From: Camelus ferus
Taxonomy: Eukaryota
NCBI RefSeq assembly: GCF_009834535.1
Contig: NC_045697.1
Span: 55,244,001-55,308,000, forward strand
Direction: 5' to 3'
DNA length: 64,000 nucleotides
Of the stretch, positions 25,930 through 39,204 are shown piece by piece. The translations under genes and the position numbers were made by a program. A model generated the notes under the pieces. That model was not told where the DNA came from. It did no database searches and was given only the letters and a program-made list of their open reading frames with translations. The number at the start of each line of letters is the position of its first letter. The stretch's first letter is position 1.

Positions 25930-26190
25930 TAACATTTCTTTCATTTATGAAACATTTACCACGTAGTATGATATTCTAAGTATTTAGGAATGTTATTCAA
26001 ATTGTTGCAAAACTCTTATGAGATAGAAATGATTATTATCCCCTTTTTTAATAGAAATGATTATTATCCCTTTTTAAATAAGAAAACAGGGGATCTGATA
26101 AATATACTTATCTACAGGTAACAGAAGACAGGGCCTAGATATGAAACAAGATCTATTTTACTTAGAATATACAGCTTTTAGTCAATATAC
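25930..26190 (-). mobile_element. MIR containing a ~28 bp tandem duplication (26023-26077)
   Basis: CTCTTATGAGATAG..ATTATTATCCCC..AAGAAAACAGGG; ATAGAAATGATTATTATCCC occurs twice in tandem. Confidence 0.7.
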
Positions 26191-26941
26191 TGAAAGAATA
26201 ATATGTATGTAGCAAAGGTAGTAATTACAAGGCAGATGGAGCCAAATGGCTCTAGGACCAAAGGAAGGTGATTTAATTGCTTGTAACTGACCTGCAATGG
26301 AAGCAGAAGAGATTAAGTAGGATTAGGGCTCAACCTGCCAGACCAGGGCTGAGAAGGGCTTAAACCTGAGCATGAGGTTTCAATGCAGGATCCCAGACAT
26401 GAAGAAAATACTGGAGCATAAATGAACAACTGAATGAGATTTAAGACAGGATTAATGAGAAACATTGTTCCTCAGAGATTTTGTGAGGTCTGATGGACAC
26501 TAGGCATTGGTTTAATACTACATGATTACCCAAATTACCCATTGGTGAATATGGCCTTCTAACATACTGCCCACTTGGTCGGATTGGTCAGGATTGGATT
26601 CAGTACTGGTCTGTATCCAAAGCCTGTGGGTCACAGGCCTTAGTGATTGATAGATGTCTACTCTTACTTTTAAATTTACCTCTCAACTGTCCCTCCCTGT
26701 AGCCCAGGGAACTATGGACTACATAATTTATAAGATAATCTGTGGCTTGCCTTTCAAATACATGAACATGTAAATATACTGGAACCTCACCTCAATACAT
26801 CATTTATTACTGAGATGCATTCAATGTTGTGTTGGATATCATACAAGAAGATACTAACTGAAGCATAAAACAACAACTTATAAACCAGTTTCACTCAAAA
26901 TTTAACATTAAAAGTCTCCATTGTATAGGTGAAAAGAATTA

Positions 26942-27154
26942 CAGTTGACCCTTGAACAACATGGGTTTAAAGTGGGTCCACTTACATGTATGTGTGGGGT
27001 TTTTTTATGGAAAATACTATGATACTACACAATCCTTACTTGGTTGAATCCACAGATGTGGGAGAAACTTAGATATGGAAGGCTGACTATATGTGGATTT
27101 AAGACTTCATAGAGGGTCAGTGCCCCAGTCTTCAAGTTTTCCAAGTGTCAGCTG
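26942..27154 (+). mobile_element. TcMar-Tigger MITE (Tigger2-derived; MER8/Tigger2a-like), complete
   Basis: TIRs CAGTTGACCCTTGAACAAC ... GTTTTCCAAGTGTCAGCTG flanked by TA on both sides. Confidence 0.9.
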
Positions 27155-28466
27155 TACATAGAAATATCAACCTATTGAGTGAGAGGGTAGCTATGTTTAA
27201 ATTTCTCACCATTTCAGTGCCTTTGTAGTTTTATGCCCATTCTAGGTTTATTTTCTAATGCATTGGATGGGTCCACATGTATTGATAAATAAAAGGTGGA
27301 GATGAGAATATTCTTCATCTCAGAGCTAGGAAAAAAGGCAGTTACATGTTCTTCTGGTACGTAGCCCTGAGTCTCCGAAAGTCTTGCTTTTTTTTTACAT
27401 TTACACATGCAGTCACTCTGTTTTGATATCAAAATAAATATCTGACTCAAAAAGGGTGAATAGATTAAAGTGCCAAATGTCCTAAAATTGCAATGTGTTC
27501 ACTACTTCTGTGCAGAATTGAGGAATAGTTTCAATACCAGCCTTTTCTTTATTATCATTTTCTCTTTGATTAGAGTTTCCACTGAATTGAAAAGAAACCC
27601 TATGCACCAAACGATACAGGGCACAGAAAGGAGACGTGGGCCTAACGTTCTATACAGACATATAATCAAGTGGTAATTGTAAACCTAGCTGATATGTGAC
27701 TAGAATACAGTGTTAATGAAATTTCACAGCGGTTCTGGTAAGATGGTGATGGTTATTAAAGCTGACCCCCTTCAGCAACGTAAATTGCCTTAGGTTTTAA
27801 TTTTATTTTGACAGGATCCTTTATTACTTTTTCTGAAATCAATATTGACACACACAGCACACTGCAGAAAAAGCTAAACAATGTGGTACACTCAGCAGTG
27901 AAAATTGGAACAACAGGTGGTTTATATTTTTAGTTGCTGTGTATATCATCCACTGCAGAAAAATTATATGTGACACATGGAAAAAATGCTATGCATGCAT
28001 TAATGCCATTAAGTGCATTTAATTTAGGCTCCAACTTTATATCCAATAAATATAAAAGGCAGTATCATCTGTCATCACTTCTGAAGGCTTCCTTAAAATG
28101 GATGATTAAGAAGGGTGACCGTAAGTTTGAAAACATTCATATATACTGATTCTGCTTCGAAGTATGAAGGCAGCTTTGAATGTAGACATCAATTTTTTGA
28201 GACTACTTAAAGTAAAACTCGGAGAGGAGAACACAATGTGATACATAAAATGGATCTTAAAAACTATCATTAATTAAGTTTCATAGGTAGAAATCTAAAA
28301 CTTCTTTAGTTATACAGATTAATTAAGGTTATAGGTAACTGGCAACAGAACCAGAACTAATGTCTCAGGCAAGTATGCTTTCTCCAAATTATCACCTTTG
28401 AAACTTATGGTTAAACATTTCAACAGGTAAAATGACTGAGCACTTTCAGCAATGGTCCAAATGAGA

Positions 28467-28520
28467 ATATACACATATATATGTATGTATGTGTGTATGC
28501 ATATGTGTGTACATATACAA
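28467..28520. repeat. Compound (TA)/(TG)/(TATG) simple repeat
   Basis: ATATACACATATATATGTATGTATGTGTGTATGCATATGTGTGTACATATACA. Confidence 0.75.
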
Positions 28521-30279
28521 ACATAGATGCCCATATAAACATTCATTTAGCTATATGCATTCTATTCTGAATCACATGTCAAACATAACTCCTTGCCTAA
28601 ATGACAGGTATGAGAAGATTCTTTTTTTATACTTAGAATAAAGTTTTGATAAATTAAAATGTGCTTTTGTAATATTTTTATTAGTACATATTCTATAGAT
28701 TGTTACATATTTTAACCACTGAGTGTCAAAAAGAACAAAAGCACTCTGAGCAGAAACTTCCCTAACTCTTTTTTCTTCAGGGTAAATTGTTTTTCAGTGC
28801 CTTAGTTGTCATCATCACTCTGTCTTCAACTTTCAAGCCTCCACTTGTCTATGACCATCACCTGTAAGGCTCTGCCAACAGCTCCTATATTGTTTTCTTT
28901 GAACTTCACTGACCTGTATACTCTGCTATACCCAAAGTACCTTCAAAAAGTTCACCAGTAACTTACTCAAGTTCAATTCTGTGTTCTCTGGTCCATTCTA
29001 AACTCTCTAGACTTTGCCCATGGTGACTACCTTTATTCTCTGTAGCCTTAAGCCATAGAGTAATGTTAAATTTCTCTTAAGTTTTTCTCTTCATTCATTT
29101 ACTTTAATGCTTCTGCTGCTTCATAGCCTTTAGACACAGACCTTTCCCAGATATTTTGTCATTTATTTTCTGCTTCCATGTTTTTGCATCTTCTCTTTTC
29201 ATGATTTCACCTCTTCCTCCACCTGGTTCTTCATTTTTTTTTTTTTTGTATAGGTATTAATCTGAAAAAACTCCAATTTTTGTCTCATCTTTAATTAGAC
29301 ACTAGTGATTTTTTCAGTAATTCTGTTAAAAAAAAATTTGGAATGAATATACTCAAAATAGTTAACAACCATCCAACCATGAGCTTGTTGTTTCTGGAGA
29401 ATGTCACCAAAGCTAGCAAGTGTCCAGGGATTTCTTGTGATTAATCCCATGGATTTCAATTAATGTAACCTATATTAAAATGGATTCTGGAAAAAAAAAG
29501 AGGATTATGCATGAATGTGGAAAATAGATTACATTGTCAGAAACTAAATTGATTAGCTTGATTTTTATTGCGGGAGGCAAATATATAAATTAAATGGTGA
29601 ATTACAATTCTAAAACTATACATAAAATTCTCCTTCATTCTATGTAAAAGCATGACAAAAAATCTTTAGAAGCTGTGAAGACCTGCCATTATGTTTATGC
29701 TCACTAAGCAATGTACCATAATTAACAAGAGTTTCAGTGTTTTCACGTATGCAGCATTGCTGAGCCATTAGAAACCCAGTATTATTGTGTTCTTTTTCAA
29801 TTACCTGAACATCCCCTGGGTCCAAGAGGATGGATAAGTTTTTAGAGATTGCTGACTCTTCTACCCTATTAGAAATGGTTGTGTCTACCCTTTCCACTCC
29901 ATGAACCTATTTTTATTTGTGTTTATTTAGCAACTTTAGACTTTTTATGGAGTTAATTTTTGAAAAACAAGTATAATGGGAAGATAACTATTGTCTTCCT
30001 ACTGATGTTGTTCACTCTGTGTATACAAAAGTAAGGTCGCTATTGTATGAATATTTACTGTTTTATTTGAATGAATGATGGTTTTGCTTTTTCTAACAGT
30101 GAGAGCACTTGTTTACTTACTCCACTGAGAATATACAAAGAACAAATAAATTTGTGTCACAAGTTGGAGCATGTGGCTATAAATTAGAAATAAATATAAA
30201 ATTTCCTCATAGTAGACACTATTATGCAATAAACCTTATTATCTCAGTTGTTATTAAATTGACCTATTAAATATTATGG

Positions 30280-31022
30280 GTGTGCTTGTAGCCAGGGCTG
30301 ACCCCTAGCTCAGTTTTTTGCTACATTCTTCCTTACGCGGTTGCTGCTGATTTGCTGGTAGGCAGGGCTAGGTCCCAGGGCAGCTGGCTATGTGACACAG
30401 GGGTCCCGTGACTGGTGACATCCTGCTGATGGCCAGGGTAAGGTCTTGGCCAGGGTGAAGACTTGTGCAGGTTTGCTGGTGGATGTAGCAAAAATGGCTG
30501 CCTCCAAAGTCTCTGTCCCCAGGGAGAACTCCAGTTGCCTCTCGCCTCCCCAGGAGGCTCTTTAAGACCAGCACGTGAGTCTAACCCAGACTTCTTTGAA
30601 ATTACTGTCTCTGTTTGAACTTGTAACATGTGAGACTCTGTGTGCACCTATAGCCTTCAGTGCTCCTGTAAGCAAGCTCCACCGACCTTCAAAGCCAGAT
30701 GTTCTGCGGTCTCATCTTCCCTGTGCTGGGCTCTAAAGCTGGGGAGCCTGATGTGGGGGGTCAGACCTCTCACTCCTTGGGAAGGACCTCTGCAGTTGTG
30801 ATTATCTGACATTTGTAGGTTGCCTACCTGAGGATGTGGGTTGTGACTATATTGTGTCTCTCCCTCTTCTGTTTGACTTGTTGTTCCTTCTTCATATTTT
30901 CAGTTGTGGAATATCTTTTCTGATAGTTTTCAGATCTTTATCATAGATAGTTGCTCTGTAGATAGTTGTAATTTTGATGTGCCCTTGAGAGGAGGTGAGC
31001 TCAAGGTCTTCCATCTTGGCCA
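30280..31022 (-). mobile_element. Isolated L1 5' UTR fragment
   Basis: GC-richer block ending GAGGTGAGCTCAAGGTCTTCCATCTTGGCC (reverse complement GGCCAAGATGG start), with CTTCAAAGCCAGATGTTCTG..GGGGAGCCTGATGTGGG motifs typical of laurasiatherian L1 5' UTRs. Confidence 0.8.
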
Positions 31023-31129
31023 CATTCTATTTAATTTTTAATGTATGCCATCTGCCAAATCACTGATGAAGCGAAGATGATTAATAGTCTTTCTTGAAGG
31101 ATGTATTTCAATACATGTTAGAAAGTGCC

Positions 31130-31560
31130 ATTGGCCCAGACTGTTCATTGGCCTATCCAGAATTCATTCCCCTCTTCTTCACAGTAAGTCACAATTTTCT
31201 TTGGATGGAAAAATGTGCCTAGCTGGAATATAGCATTTTTGTGTCTCCTAAACAGATAAATGTGGCCACGCAATGTTTGGGCCATTGTAATTTAAAAGAA
31301 AATCATTGGGTGGAATTTTCTTAAAATCTCTTTAAAGATTTATTGGCCTTTCCCTATGGCCTTTTCCAGTTTTATATATAGTTTCCTTTATCTAAGATGC
31401 AGTTATGACAGCTGGAATACCAGCTATCATCTCGCAAACATGAGAATGAGAAACCATTCTAAAAATGGAAGATCAGAAATCTGTAAGAGAATGTGATTTT
31501 CCTGAAAATAATATTGGGCTTCTTTGACACAGTATGCACACCTGTACTACTTTTATATCA
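31130..31560 (+). mobile_element. ERVL-MaLR LTR (MLT1J-like, old)
   Basis: ATTCCCCTCTTCTTC..TGTGCCTAGCT..TGTGGCCAC..GCTGGA..CCAGCTATCATCT..CATGAG..AAAATGGAAGATCAGAAA. Confidence 0.6.
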
Positions 31561-32749
31561 CCTAGAGAATGAATTCTACAGGAACCAGAATACTAGTAAG
31601 TTAAGCAAGATACAGATTTTTCTCTAATAAATGAACACCAAATCTTAGAAATGTAATAAAATAAAAATGTATTTCTCATTCTCAAAGTCTACTACTCTGA
31701 CACCGTCTTATCTTCTAGAACATTCTTTGAGTATTTGACCACCAGGGATACTACAACATGTGAAAGGAAGGGGAAGGAAGGGTCTGTCTTTTTTTTTTTT
31801 TTTTTTTTTCAGGGAAGATATTTGACAACTGAGTCAAAGCACTGAATGCTTGAAATTGTTCAGGTGACATATTTATTTTTGAGTTAATTTTGTTAATTTT
31901 ACTCATCAAGGATTTTTTTCATTATGTAAATTGTCATCTTTTGGTCATGAGACTGTAAATGATTTTATTGCTTCCAGTTTTTGTTGCATCTGCAATGCTG
32001 TCTCCCTCTTCAATCCTGATTTTGGTTATTATGCATCCTTTCTTTCCTGTATTATCAACTTTAAGGTTTGTCCCTTTTATTTGTCTTTTTCAAATTTTGA
32101 TACTATTATATATCTGTAGTGTAAATTTGCATTTAAAAATGATTAATTTCTGCTACTATCCTCATTATTTCTCACATTTTATGTTCTTTGAGACTGTTCA
32201 GCTGTTTTTTCCCTAACTTTTTATATTTTCATTAAGCTTTAACCTCTGTTTATTTCAGAAAAATTATTTGAGAGTATAAAATACCTTTTATCAAGTGATT
32301 TAGTCATCTTCTGCACACAGTGGTGTATTATATCTTTATAACTCATTGTTTAGTATTTTCTATGTTTTCTTTGTGTTTTATTTAGATGTGAGTCTTAATT
32401 TCTAAACATACATAGTTTCTTAATGGAAGCATTTATTTCATGAACACTTACGGAAATTTTTGGTATATTTGGATCTGTATCTACTACCCTATCTTGAATT
32501 TTAATATTTATAAAGATTCTAGATAAGTTCCTTGCCCAAAATAAGCACTATATAAGTATAATAATTTGTCCCATATCTTACTTTTTTTTTTTTTACCATT
32601 CCAACATCTTTCATATTAATTCAATGATTTTTCCTTACTATACATGTGTAAGTTTCAATAAGTTTAGAACTTATATACTTGTTTTCTACTTTTCTCTGAT
32701 TACACTTACAAATAAATTTGGTATTTTTTTTGGGGGGGAGGGGTGCTTT

Positions 32750-35470
32750 TAAACCATTTGACCAACTTTACCCATTTCACCAATCCCCATTACCCCTACC
32801 ATACCTCAGGTAACCATTTATTTGGGTTTTTTGCTATTGAATCATATGAGTTCTTTATATATTTTCGATATTACCCCCTTTTCTGATACATTATTTGCAA
32901 ATATCTTCTGTGCAGATGGTTGCCTTTTATGTTGTTGATGGTTTCTTTAGCTGTGCAGAGGAATCTTACTTTGATGTGCTAGATTTTGCTAAAAATATTT
33001 GCATCTGTGTTCATTAGGGATATTGGCCTGTAATTTTCTTGTATGTTATTCCTGTCTGGTTTTGATATCAGCATAATACATGTTGTAAAATAAATTTGGC
33101 CTTTTTCTACTTTTTTTTTCCTGCTTTGGAAGAATTCAATAAAGGTTGATATTTATTGCTCTTTAAATGTTAGTTGGAATTCTCTAGTAAAGCCGTTTGG
33201 TCCTGGAATTTTATTTGTTTGGAGATTTTTGATTAGTGATTCAATCTCTTTATTAGTAATCAGTCTGTTCAAACTTCCTATTTCCCCCTAATTCAACATT
33301 TGTAGGTTGTATATTTCTAGAAATTTATATGCATCTTCTTGGTTGTACAATTTGTTGGTGTACAGTTGTTCATAGTAGATTCTTAAGAGCCATTGTATTT
33401 CTGTCATATTAGTTGTAATGCCTCCTCTGTCATTTGTGATTTTCATTTGAGTCTTTTCTCTTTTTTTCATGTTGAATCTGGCTTACGATCTGTTAATTCA
33501 TTTCTATTGTTTGAAAAAAGTAGGTCTTAGTTTTTTTAATTTTTTCTGTTGTCTTTAGTATCTATTTCATTTTTTTCTACCCTGATCTTTGTTATTTTCT
33601 TTCTTCTAATATTGGGCTGAGATTTTTTTTTCTGTTCCTTGGAGTGTAAAGCTAGGTTGTTTATTTGAGATCTTTCTTGCTCTTAACTTAGGAATTTATT
33701 ACTATGAGCTTCCCTCCTAGAACTGATTTTGCTACATTCCATAAGTTTTTGTATATTTTCATTTATATTTTTCTTCAGATGTATTTTAATCACTCAATTT
33801 TGATTTTTTTCCCATTTTTGTTCAGCATCATGGTGTTTACTCTCCACATATTTGCAAATTTTCCAGTTTTCTTCTTGTCATTGATTTCTAGTTTCATACC
33901 ATTATGGTCAGAAAAGATGCTTGATATGATTTCAGTCTTCTTAAATTTATTGAGACTTGTTTTGTGGATTGACATATGCTCTATCTTGGAGAACGTTCCA
34001 TGTGTACTTCATGTATATTCTGCTGCTATTGGATGGAATGTTCTGTGTATGTCTGCTAAGTTTATTGATCAAAAGTATGGTACAAGTCCAGTGTTTCCTT
34101 GTTGATTTTATGTCTAGATGATCTATCCATTGATAAAAATGGAGTATTGAAGTCTCCTACTATTATTGTACTGCAGTCTATTTCTCACTTTTGGTGATTA
34201 ATATTTGGTTAATGTATTTAGATGCTTTCATGTTGGGTACATAAAAATTTACAAATGTTATATTATCTTGTTATATTGACGTTTTTTATTACTTATCTTT
34301 TGTCTTTTATTTCAGTCTTTGTCTTAATATCTATTTGTCTGATATAAGTGTTAAATATCCCCACTTTCCTTTGGTTTCCATTTGCATAGAATATCTTTTT
34401 CCACTTCTTGATTTTTCAATCTATGTGTGTCCTTAAAGCTTAATTGAGTGTCTTTTATGTATTTTGATTGGAAAACAGTTATTTAAACGTAAAGTAATTA
34501 TTGATAGCTATGGCCTTATTGCATTTTAACTATTTTGTTAGTGTTTGGCAATTCCTTTCTTCTTCTCTTGCTTTCTTCCCTTGTGATTTGATGCTTTTCT
34601 GCCCTGGTGTTCTTTGATTTCTTTATCTTTCTCTTTTGTTTATCAAGTGTATGTTTTTGCTTTGTGAGTCCCATGAGTCTTAAATAAGATATAACAGTCT
34701 ATTTTAACTTGATACCAATTTAAGTTTGAATGCATTCTAAAGCTCTACATTTTTACCATCCCCTCACATTTGTTTCTGGAGTCCCAATTTATATATTTTT
34801 ATCTTGTGCATCTTTTAACAAATTTTTGTAGTTAGTTATTTTTACTGTTTTCATCTTTCAGCCTTTATACTAGATTTGTAAGTGACTAACCTACCACCAT
34901 TACAACTTTAGATTATTCTGAAATTAACTATATATTTTCCTTTACCACCAAGATTTATACTTTCGTAAGTTTTCCTGTTAGTAATTAGTATCCTTTCATT
35001 TCAGTTTTCCCCCCATGAGTTATACTTTTATTTATTTTTTGAAAAAAAAATATAGTCAGTTTACAATGTTGTGTCAATTTCTGGTGTACAGCATAATGCT
35101 TCTGTCATACCTGAACATACAAATATTTGTTTTCATATTCTCTTTCACCGTAAGTTACTACATGATACTGAATATAATTCCCTATGCATTTCAGCTTAAT
35201 GAAGTCTTTCTAACCTTTCTTGTCTAAGGCCAGTCTAGTGGTTCTGAACTTCTGAACTCCTTCAGAACTTTGCTTGTCTGGAAAACTCTCTTTTCTCACT
35301 GGAGGACAGTTTTGTTGGGCAGAGTATTCTTGGTAATTTTTTTTCTTTCAGCTCTTTGAATGTATCATGATACTCCCTTCTGGTATGCGAACTTTTTGCT
35401 GAAAAATCTGATAGTCTTATGGGGATTCCCTTGTACATAACAACTTGTTTTTTCTCTTGGTGCTTTAAAA
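32750..35470 (-). mobile_element. L1 remnant (3' piece, ORF2 N-terminal half, inter-ORF region, ORF1 C-terminus) with a large internal deletion; non-functional
   Basis: ORF-track peptides match L1: HKTSLNKFKKTEIISSIFSDHNGMKLEIN (endonuclease end), GGITTNMTEIQ..YYEQLYTNKL (ORF2), YKGIPIRLSDFS..KEKKLPRILCPTKLS (ORF1). Frames are broken. Confidence 0.95.
35008..35186 (-). mobile_element. Younger cetartiodactyl/camelid-type L1 3' end nested in the older L1
   Basis: TATAGTCAGTTTACAATGTTGTGTCAATTTCTGGTGTACAGCATAATG; TSD CATTTCAG[T/C]TT at 34997-35007 and 35187-35197. Confidence 0.85.
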
Positions 35471-35914
35471 AATTTGGCATTCTTCACCTATCAAAGTCTA
35501 AAATTATTTGTAAATTTATCTGTTTATTTTGTTTTCTAAAATAAACACATTTCTTTTATAAATTAAAAAATACTTAAATTTTTAAAAATTAAAAAACTCC
35601 AAGAAACTTATGAGCAGCATAATATATATGTGTATCTAAGATAATCAGGTAGAACATGAATATATATATAAAAGTTGTAATAGAGTTTTGTTACATATAT
35701 AGGGTTTTAAGTTATCTAATATAAATCACTTCATTACTCTAAAGAAAATTAGGAAAAGTTAATTACTTTGTGTATATAACTTTAATTGCCTTTTCAGTCA
35801 AGGTGAGGTTTAGATTTTATAAACTTCTTGACAATATTTAATAAAATTGCTTGTTGACAAAGGAAATCCAAGGTTGGATAGATAATAGCTCTATAACCAT
35901 CATTTAGGGACTCT

Positions 35915-36352
35915 TCATTAAGGGACTATGAACTGCTTTTACAAAAAGCCCCAAATCTCAATAACATAAGTAGGTATGTTCATTTCTTGCTCAGTTAAAA
36001 ATCCAAGTGACTCTTCTGTTCTCTGAGTGGCTGTCTCTGGTTATTTGGGGACTCCCTTTTTTTCCAACGTATTGGGCTTCAATTATCTAGGACCACTGCA
36101 TCTGGCCACAGATAGGGGAAGAGGAAGTATACAAAACAAACCCCTAGGTTACCTACTTTGGATCAGAGGCATATATTACTTGCACTTCCTTTCCATTGGT
36201 AGAAGCTGGTCATCTGGCTCATTCTAGATTTAAGATGGTAAGGGAAGGAAGAGGAGTTAGGAAATGTGGTTCCTGATTGGGCATTTCCTAGCAGTGACTC
36301 TGCAATATATAGTTGTACATACATATTTGGTGGAAAGAGCCATTTCTGCCTC
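35915..36352 (-). mobile_element. ERVL-MaLR LTR (MLT1K-like)
   Basis: CCCCAAATCTCA..TTCATTTCTTGCTCA..CCATTGGTAGAAGCTGGTCAT..GGAAATGTGGT..TATTTGGTGGA. Confidence 0.7.
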
Positions 36353-36421
36353 AGGAACCAAATTGATTTACACACATATTTGGTGGAAAGAGCCATTTCT
36401 GCCTCAGGAACCAAACTGATT
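36316..36421. repeat. 53-bp tandem duplication (2 copies, 2 mismatches)
   Basis: TACA[T/C]ACATATTTGGTGGAAAGAGCCATTTCTGCCTCAGGAACCAAA[T/C]TGATT at 36316 and 36369. Confidence 0.95.
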
Positions 36422-36637
36422 TGTGAAACTGGGAAAACATTTGCACTTTTGTATTCCCCATGATATACTTAAGAAATGATTTCAGAAAAACAGCATATCA
36501 TCATCATTTTTGGCAGAAATACAAACATGTTAGGCATTTAATGCTGAAGTCTTAATCAGTTCATTTCTGAAAATATCCATATTTTGTTGCATGCCATTTA
36601 TTGCATATATGTGAACCAACTATTGGTAGGGCCAATA

Positions 36638-36800
36638 CAGTAGTTTTCATCACTGGTTGCATATTGTAATCATTTCTAGAAGATTAAAAAGGAATCAGAT
36701 ATATGGACTCCTCCATCAGAGATTTTCTTTCAGTTGACCTGGGCTATGGTTTGGCATTGGTTACTTTTTATATCCAAAGAAAATATCACAATACAGTAGG
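36638..36800. mobile_element. MER5-like hAT-Charlie MITE (degraded)
   Basis: CAGTAGTTTTCA..TGGTTGCATATTGTAATCA..CAGAGATTTTCTTTCAGTTGACCTGGG. Confidence 0.65.
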
Positions 36801-39027
36801 CTAGAGAGTAACGGAATTTAAAAGTTGAGCATTTTGTGAAAATTTGTGCTGTTCATCATTACTCTTACCATTACTGTGTGGATCTGAGGGGATGACTAGA
36901 GCTTGTTGACATGAATGAAAAACAAAGTTACTTGTCCCAGATACATACTGACCAAATTAAGCCTCATTATCGCTGTGATACTATTTAGCTCTATTAAGAG
37001 ATATCAAATAATTGCCTACCAGAAATAAGTTAAAATGATAATTTGCAATTTAAAATATAAAGGCAATAGTCAGAATAGCAATACAAATAAATTATTTTGC
37101 CTTTTTAGATGAAATAATATTATATAAACCTATGGCCTTATTATTTTAGAGATAGACAATACATATTTACACACAAATTTTCTCCTAAGGGCACAAAAAC
37201 AAGATGTATTATCAGATCATCTCAGATTTCCTAAATGAATTGGATTAATGCAATTTTCTTCTAATCAGAATTTACTTTGCTTTTTGCAAAGATATGAAAA
37301 AGTTAATCTATTTCAGGATATCACGTTGATCACATTAGATTGAATTTGAGCTTCTCAGAAGACTTTTTGAGAGTATATCCACCCATTCACCTGCATATTA
37401 TAAAATTTTTATTTTTTTAATAAATGGGACTACTTTATTGATGCTATTAATATATTAAACTCTACTTCAAAAAAAATTTACTTTGGCAGTACTGATATTA
37501 GAAATTTATTATAAAACAGATTGCCTTGAGGCTTTTCTAGCAGAGGCCTAAAAACTAAAACAAGAGAAAAAACGTTAAAAAAAGTTGATTCCATGCACGT
37601 TTCCTTCTTGAGTTCTCTTAATTCCTTTCAGGGTCTTTGCTTTGCTTTTTTCATTTTCTGCAAAGAAACTTAATAGAATTTGGAATTGAAGGAATTGTTC
37701 CATAAATCCCTAAACATAGAAGCTGGCAAAGAAATGATTTAGAAACCAAAATATTTCATCCTGTTTTCTTAGTAAAGTCTTCTTTACACTTCACTTCTGA
37801 AAATTGAATATCCCTTGCCTTATAGATTTTCATATATTCATTTTCACATAAGCTGGAGATCATTTTACAAACACTCATATTGGATTGTGTGTTTTCTTCA
37901 GCCAGCAAACATAGGGCTTTGTGTTGATCTGTTCATTTCCCCATGCATGTAGACCGAATATTATCCTACCTCAGACTATTGTTGGCACATTTATGTTTAA
38001 CCTGTAAAGTCAAATTACAGCAGTTAATCTGAAAGATCAGTCCATGAAGGATCATCTAAGGCAAAGTTTAACGTATAGGAGTCAAAGATAATGCAACTTC
38101 CATGCTGATCCCTCTGTCAAATCATGCTTACTGTCTCCTCTCAAAGGGATGGCATGAAGAGACTAGAATAGAGTCAGCAGAATTGCCAGCACAGATCAGC
38201 ATCTGACTTACCTGTTGTGTATTCACAGTAAACCAATTGAATAAACCTATTCAGTGCCACAATTTAACCATAATACTAGGTCATTTTGTGCGTGGAGTTT
38301 AAAAGTCTTTTTGTTTGTAGGAAAATGGCTTTTTACTAAATAGGTAAGCACACTGTTTGGATATTATTTCACTTATTCTTATAAAATTCTTGTCAAGGAG
38401 GCAAATGGCAAGGCTCATTATCTTTACCTTGTGAATGGGGGAGATGTCAAAAGGTGAAATTATTTTATCAGTTGCAAAACCAAAAGTAGAATTAATGAGA
38501 CTATTCATTAATGGTCAGTGCTTTTTCCCTGCAGTTTTCTTTCACTTTGGAAGGACATAAAGATCATAACAGATACATAATGTTTAAAGTTTGACTTTAT
38601 TTGCACATATCCAGTTTTTGTTTGTCTTCAGAATAATATCTATATCTACTGATACTATCAGTGCAACTAACACTAATAATTTTTTATAAGCTGGTGAAAA
38701 TCAACTAGTGAACATAGGATTTGTCAAAATTTTTAAGAACAGTGTCTAAGGAATGTTTATAGGTATTGGACTACTTAAACATTTGCTTTTTATATTATAT
38801 ATTATAAAGTATGAAAACCAGTGTTTTCTGGAGATGGCTCATCTTGGCTTTCAGAACAGATTATTAAATTTTCAGGAACTTTACAAGTACAAGCTTGTTA
38901 TATATGTATATCTATATAGATATGAATATATATATATCTAAAATAAAAACAAAGATAATATATACTGAAAACATATTATTTCACAACTATGTTACTAGAC
39001 TTTACTATTTTCCATCCATGCTCTATA

Positions 39028-39160
39028 CTTTTTTTTTGATGAAAGGATTTTTTTTCATTGAACTATAGTCAGTTACAATATGTCAGTTTCTGGTGTGTAG
39101 CATCATGTCCCGGTCTTGCGTATATATACATACATTCATTTTCATATTCTTTTTCATTAC
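39028..39160 (-). mobile_element. Short camelid-type L1 3' end
   Basis: T tract, then CATTGAACTATAGTCAGTTACAATATGTCAGTTTCTGGTGTGTAGCAT..TTTTCATATTCTTTTTCATTA; same family as 35008-35186. Confidence 0.8.
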
Positions 39161-39204
39161 CTTCTGTGTCTGTCTGTTTGAAACATCATACGACATTGTG
39201 CCAC

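Noticed and set aside
29805..29906. Possible minus-strand coding exon (VHGVERVDTTISNRVEESAISKNLSILLDPGDVQ) with a CAG|GTAATT donor
   Set aside because: The acceptor lacks a polypyrimidine tract and the peptide is unrecognised.
30333..30647. 104-aa ORF in a GC-richer block, possible gene or CpG-island promoter
   Set aside because: Lies inside the L1 5' UTR fragment, and CpGs are mostly decayed.
33704..34105. 133-aa hydrophobic + strand ORF resembling a membrane protein
   Set aside because: Antisense frame of the L1 ORF2 endonuclease region, a common artefact.
33288..35480. Endonuclease, ORF2 and ORF1 peptides as an active retroelement or novel nuclease/RT system
   Set aside because: Short fragments of a decayed LINE-1 with frameshifts, stops and a large deletion. 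The same applies to the RT peptide at 62858-63043.
36316..36421. Repeat pair as a CRISPR-like array (also 26023-26077 and 22571-22600)
   Set aside because: Only two abutting copies with no spacers, in mammalian DNA with no cas genes; ordinary slippage duplications.
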